A stretch of DNA of 64,000 nucleotides. It comes from a virus. Of this stretch, positions 58,361 through 64,000 are shown in pieces. A program made the translations under genes and the position numbers. The notes below the pieces were generated by a model. That model worked only from the letters and a program-made list of their open reading frames with translations, did no database searches and had not been told where the DNA came from. The stretch's first letter is position 1. Each line of letters opens with the position of its first letter. The stretch lies in the IMG/VR virus record IMGVR_UViG_3300025133_000063, positions 16,405 through 80,404 of that record, one strand, 5' to 3'.

Positions 58361-58918
58361 ATGAAAATTGGCCTTATTCCAATTTCTGCAAAGCCATATC
58401 ACATTGGACATCATTATCTTATTGAGCGCGCCTCTCTAGAAAATGATTCGGTATTAGTATATGCTTCTATTTCAGACAGAACACGAAAAGATGAGTACCC
58501 TATTCTGGGGAGCATAATGAAAGAAGTGTGGAATAATGAGATTTTAAAGATTCTACCAGAAAATGTTGAAGTTGTGTTTGGTGGTTCGCCAATTAGAAAG
58601 GTTTATGAAGCAATTGGATTAGCATGCGAAACAAATGAAACCTGTAATACATTCACAATTTATTCAGACATCATAGATACTAAAAGCAACTACTCAATTG
58701 AAAATAGACTTAAGTATATGAATCCGTTATGGGAAAATAAATTGGTAGCATTTGCTGCAGAACAAAACCCTTCATCATTTATCCGCGGCTCAGGTGCACC
58801 CGACGTTCGTGGTGAAGATCTTAGAGCATGTTTGACAAATAATGATTTTGCTACATTTATAAAGTATGTACCAAGTCAAATTGATGCATGTAAGTACTGG
58901 GCATATTTTAAACAATGA
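58361..58918 (+). CDS. HIGH-motif nucleotidyltransferase (cytidylyltransferase-like)
   Basis: KPYHIGH; C-terminal VRGEDLR...F..YVP. Confidence 0.75.
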   Translation: MKIGLIPISAKPYHIGHHYLIERASLENDSVLVYASISDRTRKDEYPILGSIMKEVWNNEILKILPENVEVVFGGSPIRKVYEAIGLACETNETCNTFTIYSDIIDTKSNYSIENRLKYMNPLWENKLVAFAAEQNPSSFIRGSGAPDVRGEDLRACLTNNDFATFIKYVPSQIDACKYWAYFKQ

Positions 58919-59475
58919 AAAATCCTGAATTCACTGTTTATTGTGGTCCAATGTTTGGTAGTAAGACGTCAAGACTATTAACAAGACTTGATAGGTTGGT
59001 GTATCAAAAGAAAAAGTTTATTGCGTTTAAGCCTGATATGGATATTAGATATAATAAAAATTATATTACCACTCATTTAGGCGCAAAAGTTCAGGCAATT
59101 TGTGTAAAACATGGTAAAGATATTTTGCCGTATATTAATGAGGAACATAGTGTGATTGCTGTTGATGAAGCATTTATGATACCAGATATTTCTTCATCAT
59201 TAATAAAATGTTATCATCAAGGAAAAACAATTCTAGTGTCTTCATTAGATATGTCGGCAACATTACAACCATTTGATGAAATGGAAAAAATGTATAGATG
59301 GGCAACAAGAATTGAGAAGTGTCCGGCTGTTTGTACAAAATGTAATAGAGACGCGTTTTATACATATAAAAAAGTATATACTGGAAATGAAATTGAAGTT
59401 GGTGGCGATGAACTTTATGAGCCAAGATGTTTTAAGCATCATGATCATTTGCGGATTATGAGTGAACGATACTAA
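58915..59475 (+). CDS. tdk: Thymidine kinase (type II)
   Basis: GPMFGSKT, AVDEAF, CTKC, VGG.ELYEPRC. Confidence 0.93.
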   Translation: MKNPEFTVYCGPMFGSKTSRLLTRLDRLVYQKKKFIAFKPDMDIRYNKNYITTHLGAKVQAICVKHGKDILPYINEEHSVIAVDEAFMIPDISSSLIKCYHQGKTILVSSLDMSATLQPFDEMEKMYRWATRIEKCPAVCTKCNRDAFYTYKKVYTGNEIEVGGDELYEPRCFKHHDHLRIMSERY

Positions 59476-60153
59476 CAAGAAAATAATTCACGAGCATATT
59501 CTTGAAGCCGCTAATGCATTAACTGGATCACTACCTGAACACTGGAAGCATCCTAAAGGTAGAAATCCATATGCACATATTCCAAAGGTAATCAAGTCGG
59601 TTATGGGTTCATCGTATAAAGATTTAGATGATAGCTCATTTGATGCTGTAATGGAAATTATTTTGTACTGTAAAACCAACCCATTTTAATTTACTAGGTT
59701 TTAAATATCTCCAATATGTATTTATATGGGAGATCTTTTAGAAGAGTCAGCAATTTCTGTCGGTGATTTTGTATTTGTTATTGGTACATCAATTTATGAC
59801 AATGGCAAAAAGTCAGTACCAAGTTGCCTCATTGCAATAGTTATTGCAATTGGTAAATATGAAATGTTTTTATCATGTCAAAAAACCTCTCGTGTATTTA
59901 AACGCCCAATTGAAAATTGTCGTAAAATTTCCAGTGATTTTATAAAATTACCTTATAATACAATACAATTACCAGTACTTGGTGATCTAGTATTATCTTA
60001 TTCTAATTCAAGATACACAAAAGAAAAGAAGCTTGTGGGTATTTTAGTTGAAATAATTGATGATCCACCGTTATCATTAAAGGCTACAATATTAACTGGC
60101 AACACACACCATTCAGTGGACTATAGCTCATTAATTACGTTGGAGTCAAATAA

Positions 60154-60648
60154 GTGCCTGTAATAAAAGTTGTATTTTACAAAGGTTCAGGTGGCTTGCT
60201 ACATAAAATAGTTAGGTGGTGGACAAAAAGTAAGTACAGCCATGCAGAACTGATTATGCCTGATAATGAAACATGGATTAGTATTAGCCCATTTTTATCT
60301 TCACGTGTAGCATGTCGGAAGATAGAGCATGAAATTAATGAGGACGACTGGGACACATTAACGTTTAATTTAAGTTTTCGTGAACCAGTTAAAGTATATC
60401 AAATAGAACAATTAACCAAGTTTATTAACAAAACAAAAGGGATGAAGTATGACTGGTTTGGCATGATTATATCAAATTTTAGCCCATTTCTTATAAAACA
60501 TCGTTATAAATGGTACTGTTCAGAATGGATTGCTCATGCATTAGTTAATTCAAGGGTTATTATGTGGGATGATATGTGTATATATAGCACACCTAATCTT
60601 TCACCTGGAAAATTATACGATATATTGGAGAAAAAGCAAGACGTATAA
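60154..60648 (+). CDS. Permuted papain-like (NlpC/P60, YiiX-type) enzyme
   Basis: YSHAEL...YDW...WYCSEW...SPGKL, with His before Cys. Confidence 0.75.
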   Translation: MPVIKVVFYKGSGGLLHKIVRWWTKSKYSHAELIMPDNETWISISPFLSSRVACRKIEHEINEDDWDTLTFNLSFREPVKVYQIEQLTKFINKTKGMKYDWFGMIISNFSPFLIKHRYKWYCSEWIAHALVNSRVIMWDDMCIYSTPNLSPGKLYDILEKKQDV

Positions 60649-60894
60649 TTAGAAATATGTCTGAATCTATTGTTAAGATCGCTGTTGGTTCGCTTGTTAC
60701 TCAAATTGAAGCAGGGCCAGCAACAGACTGCACTTCAGTGACTCACCCCGGTGAAATTGGAATAATTGTTGAGTTACGAGACACAATAGGGCAAACGGCT
60801 ATATGGTCTCCACTTATGGCAAAAATTTTATGGCCAGATGGTTCTATAGAATCAAACATTGCTATTGCATCATTACAAATAATTTGAAAATAAT

Positions 60895-60923
60895 GTGAAA
60901 GAGGCTACAACGTATGATATAAT
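60895..60923 (+). promoter_or_regulatory. Class A promoter GTGAAA-N17-TATAAT with extended TG
   Basis: Matches the recurrent motif; followed by ATATCTATA as at 21710. Confidence 0.8.
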
Positions 60924-60949
60924 ATATCTATAGAGTAGGAGATGCAGGT

Positions 60950-61114
60950 ATGCCATTTTTGTTGCTTATTTTATGGATGTTTGACGTCATAACGTTTAAG
61001 TGGTTGCTTATTTTTGGTGGGCTTGCTCTTATTTTAGAGATTATCTCAACGTTAATTGTGTTTAATTTTTGTTTGAGCGCCATGTTTATACTTACTTCAT
61101 TATTTGGATTTTAA
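60950..61114 (+). CDS. Small hydrophobic membrane protein (54 aa, not in the ORF track)
   Basis: First ORF after the promoter; almost entirely hydrophobic. Confidence 0.55.
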   Translation: MPFLLLILWMFDVITFKWLLIFGGLALILEIISTLIVFNFCLSAMFILTSLFGF

Positions 61115-61115
61115 T

Positions 61116-61244
61116 ATGGCTAATAAAAAGAAAGTAAAGACAAGAAATTGGATTGCAGTGGCTGTGCACTTTAAAACCGGTGCTGGTTTGCATAAATCAA
61201 AAAAGAAGTATACTAGAAAGATAAAGCATAAAGAGAAATATTGA
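61116..61244 (+). CDS. 42 aa basic peptide, ArfA/BrfA-like (not in the ORF track)
   Basis: MANKKKVKTRNWIAVAVHFKTGAGLHKSKKKYTRKIKHKEKY; the YxRKxKH end resembles that of ArfA. Confidence 0.5.
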   Translation: MANKKKVKTRNWIAVAVHFKTGAGLHKSKKKYTRKIKHKEKY

Positions 61245-61686
61245 ACATTTCCAAAACATTGTTAAAATATACTTGAACCTATAAATGTGGTTATTAAATG
61301 AAAGACAAATTTAATATTAAGCCTGAAGATATCAGTACTTCTGATGTTACAAATGCTAAGACACTTGAAGAATTATTTGAACAAACATCTGATTTAAGAG
61401 ATCGTGTTAATTCTATTGAGCGTTTAATGATGCAGATTCTTGACAAAATTGAGTCTGGCGCACCAATTTTTTGAGATGTATAATAGCGGTGAGTTTATAA
61501 AATGGTATGAATACTACGCATGCGGTACAGTATGCTCTGATGCTGGTTATGGTATTATAATTAAGCAATTCAACGTTAATGGTTATTTGATTTTAAAAAA
61601 TGGTAAGCATAAATTACAATTTTTTGAAGCTTATAATATAGAGAAGATACAACAATGAATGATTTGGTATTTACTAATGATAAAAA

Positions 61687-61715
61687 GTGAACTTATGGAT
61701 TATTTGAGATATAAT
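61687..61715 (+). promoter_or_regulatory. Class A promoter GTGAAC-N17-TATAAT
   Basis: Matches the recurrent motif. Confidence 0.7.
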
Positions 61716-61953
61716 ACAAGTATTGGAGACATTTAGATGCATAAGAAAAATTTGTTTATAAATTCTAATTTATTTGCCACAAGGCTTATTAATTCACTTT
61801 TACAGAGTGTTGCAATAATGGAACTAATGGAATGGAGTGTTGATGTGAATAATGGTCTTCTTGATTCGACACTACCTGACGAAATAAAAGAACAGGTACT
61901 TTTTGACTATAAAGAAATTGAAAAGCAATTTACCCAAATGACAGGATCGATAA

Positions 61954-62220
61954 ATGGCAACTAAGAATGTAACCCGGCAACCACGAATTAACCCTGAAAA
62001 GGATTATATTAGAGTTGGAAATTGTCGCCGCTGCGGACGAAATGAAGTAAGCGTTGTAATTCACCATCCAGAAAATAAAAGACCATATTCAGTATGTAAT
62101 TATTGTAATCAAGCTATGTGGTTTGCTGTTGGTGAGGCTAACAAGGTGAATTATCTGAAGTATGGTTCACCAACAGTACCAAGAAAGCGTGAGCGTAGGT
62201 CACGTGATAGTAGAAGTTAG
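61954..62220 (+). CDS. Small Zn-finger protein
   Basis: CRRC and CNYC pairs; basic tail. Confidence 0.55.
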   Translation: MATKNVTRQPRINPEKDYIRVGNCRRCGRNEVSVVIHHPENKRPYSVCNYCNQAMWFAVGEANKVNYLKYGSPTVPRKRERRSRDSRS

Positions 62221-62256
62221 TACTAGCTTAGGGCAATAATGTGAGTGGACATTTAC

Positions 62257-62865
62257 ATGCTTAAGATTATTGGTGATATTCCAAAAACTTGTTGTGTAGC
62301 AGTGTCTGGTGGTCTTGATTCAATGGCTGTTCTTGATTTTTTATCAAATTCTAGAGATGTAATCGCGATTCACTACAATCATGGCACTCCATTTGCGGAT
62401 TTAGCTGAGTCTTTAGTTCGCAAGTATTGCCTTGATAAAGGTATTCCGCTTATTGTAGATAGTCTACAAGAAGAAATGCCAAGAGGTGTTTCAAAAGAAG
62501 CGTGGTGGCGAGAAAAGCGATATGCATTTTTTGATAGCGCTAGTAGAAATAAGACGCTTAAGGTTATTATGGCTCATCATTTAGATGACGCTGTAGAAAA
62601 TTGGATTTTTACGTCGTTAAATGGAAACCCGTTTTTAATTCCACACTCTCGTGAAAATTATATGCGTCCTTTTATTTCTACACGCAAAACTGCTTTAAAG
62701 CAATGGTGCGTTCGAAAGGAAGTTCCTTATATTGACGATCCAAGCAATAAAGATTTTCGTTTTAGAAGAAATTACATTAGGCATAAATTAATGCCACTAG
62801 CATTAGATATTAACCCTGGATTGCACAAGGTTATTAAGAAAAAATATGAAAACATCAAGCATTAA
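62257..62865 (+). CDS. tilS: tRNA(Ile)-lysidine synthetase, catalytic domain only
   Basis: AVSGGLDSM, HYNHG, R..RY.FF, AHHLDD..E, RPF, DPSN....RNYIRH. Confidence 0.88.
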   Translation: MLKIIGDIPKTCCVAVSGGLDSMAVLDFLSNSRDVIAIHYNHGTPFADLAESLVRKYCLDKGIPLIVDSLQEEMPRGVSKEAWWREKRYAFFDSASRNKTLKVIMAHHLDDAVENWIFTSLNGNPFLIPHSRENYMRPFISTRKTALKQWCVRKEVPYIDDPSNKDFRFRRNYIRHKLMPLALDINPGLHKVIKKKYENIKH

Positions 62866-63333
62866 TACATTATTTTTGACCACCATTTTATTTCTTGGAA
62901 TAATCGATAGTGTACAAGATAATATTGTGACAATAGAATTATCCTCAGCGCACCAAGAAAGTGTTGTAATGGAGGTGGATTCGTTTTTATTTCCATGTGA
63001 AGTAACTGAGGGTGATTATTTCCACATAATAGTTTTGGACGGTGTTACTGAAATTAGATGTGGTGAACCAGAGCCAAATTAATAAAGCGAAGGACTAAAA
63101 ATGTTAAAGAAATTATCTGCTGGAACAAGATATTATAAAGGAAAGATGGGTCATAGAAATTTTAATTACCCTACTACCGATTATGATACCCTTATAGATG
63201 ATACAGCATGTGAATATATTCATTTTGTTGGTGGGGGTAATAAGAAGGCTGTAACAGTACCAGAGTATGCAATTAAGCACAATGGCGCAAAAAATAAAAT
63301 GATCGTCATTTGGATCGATCAAGAGGAATTAGT

Positions 63334-63660
63334 ATGAAAATAGTAACAATGTTAATGTTATTGGGTGTAAGCACCGCGTGTGTTGCACATTCACCACACA
63401 ATCATAGAAATAATAGTCATGTAAGACCACAGGCAAATCAATGGATTTGGGTGGAAGGTCATATGTCTCATGGAAGATGGGTTAAGCCTCATTGGTTGCA
63501 TCGAACGTATGGTGTTTCATATCAACCTCATACCCATGGCCCGCCTCGAGTTCCAGCTCGGGCACATGCTAATGATATTTGGGTTCCAGGTCATTATGCT
63601 GGCCGCGGCCATCGCAGACATTGGGTACCAGGCAGATGGCATAGTTCAAGAACTCGATAA
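63334..63660 (+). CDS. Lipoprotein with WXXGXW repeats
   Basis: Lipobox STA-C; WVEGH..W, WVPGHY, WVPGRW. Confidence 0.7.
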   Translation: MKIVTMLMLLGVSTACVAHSPHNHRNNSHVRPQANQWIWVEGHMSHGRWVKPHWLHRTYGVSYQPHTHGPPRVPARAHANDIWVPGHYAGRGHRRHWVPGRWHSSRTR

Positions 63661-63675
63661 AAGTTTTTCAAAATT

Positions 63676-63704
63676 GTGAAGCAACCACTTTAATATGATA
63701 TAAT
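63676..63704 (+). promoter_or_regulatory. Class A promoter GTGAAG-N17-TATAAT with extended TG, upstream of the tRNA
   Basis: Matches the recurrent motif. Confidence 0.8.
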
Positions 63705-63750
63705 ATACGTATTGGTTGGATTGATAGACAAGACAATCAAGCGTAAATAA

Positions 63751-63840
63751 GCCTGAGTGGCGGAATATTGGTAGACGCACGGGACTTAAAATCCCGAGAT
63801 CAATGCGATCGTGAGGGTTCGATTCCCTCCTCAGGTACCA
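63751..63840 (+). tRNA. tRNA-Leu, anticodon UAA, CCA encoded
   Basis: Acceptor stem GCCTGAG/CTCAGGT plus ACCA; anticodon arm CGGGA-CTTAAAA-TCCCG; long variable arm; T arm GAGGG-TTCGATT-CCCTC. Confidence 0.96.
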
Positions 63841-63886
63841 TTTATATAATTTAAAAATTAATATTAATACAATAGAGGTGTAGAAA

Positions 63887-64000
63887 ATGGGAAATAAGCC
63901 ACAACGACAAAATCAACATGTACGACGATTGACAATGAAGATCAAGCGCCATAAGGCCAGAGGCTGGGATACTAGCAAGATGGAGAAGGAACTTGGTTAC
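63887..64000 (+). CDS. Partial basic hypothetical protein running off the window
   Basis: GAGGTG ribosome binding site, ATG, and frame open to the end of the window. Confidence 0.55.
   Translation, partial: MGNKPQRQNQHVRRLTMKIKRHKARGWDTSKMEKELGY

Noticed and set aside
61241-61268. A ninth class A promoter (TTGAAC-N16-TAAAAT)
   Set aside because: The spacer is 16 bp and the -10 is imperfect. It is plausible but was not listed.
2780-63322. Most minus-strand and nested ORFs in the track (for example 2780-3160, 15098-15433, 21165-21620, 37870-38421, 55162-55743)
   Set aside because: They are shadows of longer + strand genes with recognisable motifs. Only 3366-4055 and 51848-52555 have protein motifs and their own upstream elements.
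1-64000. Stop-codon reassignment, as in some jumbo phages
   Set aside because: Conserved genes are full length in the standard code, and TAA, TAG and TGA all occur at sensible gene ends.
1-64000. Bacterial chromosome or eukaryotic giant virus origin
   Set aside because: There are no ribosomal or core cellular operons, most ORFs are short unknowns in one orientation, and Shine-Dalgarno sites, sigma70 promoters, DnaE and lysis-like genes fit a large bacteriophage.
1-64000. Rho-independent terminators
   Set aside because: No convincing GC hairpin followed by a U tract was seen by eye in the short intergenic gaps.

Overview
This 64 kb window is AT-rich, densely coding and almost entirely + strand. 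It reads as part of a jumbo dsDNA bacteriophage genome in the standard genetic code. No capsid, terminase or portal gene is recognisable, so the phage call rests on gene content and layout. Modules in order: (1) the end of an amidase with a PAS protein and a holin-like gene; (2) a replication and DNA-modification operon with a dNTP pyrophosphatase, DnaE, a ThyA-family enzyme with the dCMP-type Asp, a dNMP kinase, a GT-B glycosyltransferase, an epimerase, a cupin, a DHH protein and a dCMP deaminase, which points to glycosylated modified cytosine; (3) acidic putative virion proteins, a superoxide dismutase and a holin/spanin-like set; (4) a 5'-3' exonuclease, GroEL, a sigma70 whose region 4.2 appears to sit on a separate ORF, a GapR-like protein and peptide deformylase; (5) a roughly 18 kb array (33-52 kb) of unrelated cargo domains (ADP-ribosyltransferase-like, GNAT, HEXXH, hydrolase, nuclease, kinase) fused to one of two short leaders, LLREYIRELLxE or MKITKRQLRRIIRE; (6) metabolic and translation genes and tRNA-Leu(UAA). 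The leaders are conserved in the DNA as well as the protein and also occur internally between Glu sites. The array is the best candidate for an undescribed system, read here as a shufflable set of capsid-packaged effectors. Two promoter classes are visible: NTGAAN-N17-TATAAT and a short ATANTTA element. All protein calls come from motif recognition by eye; no searches were run.
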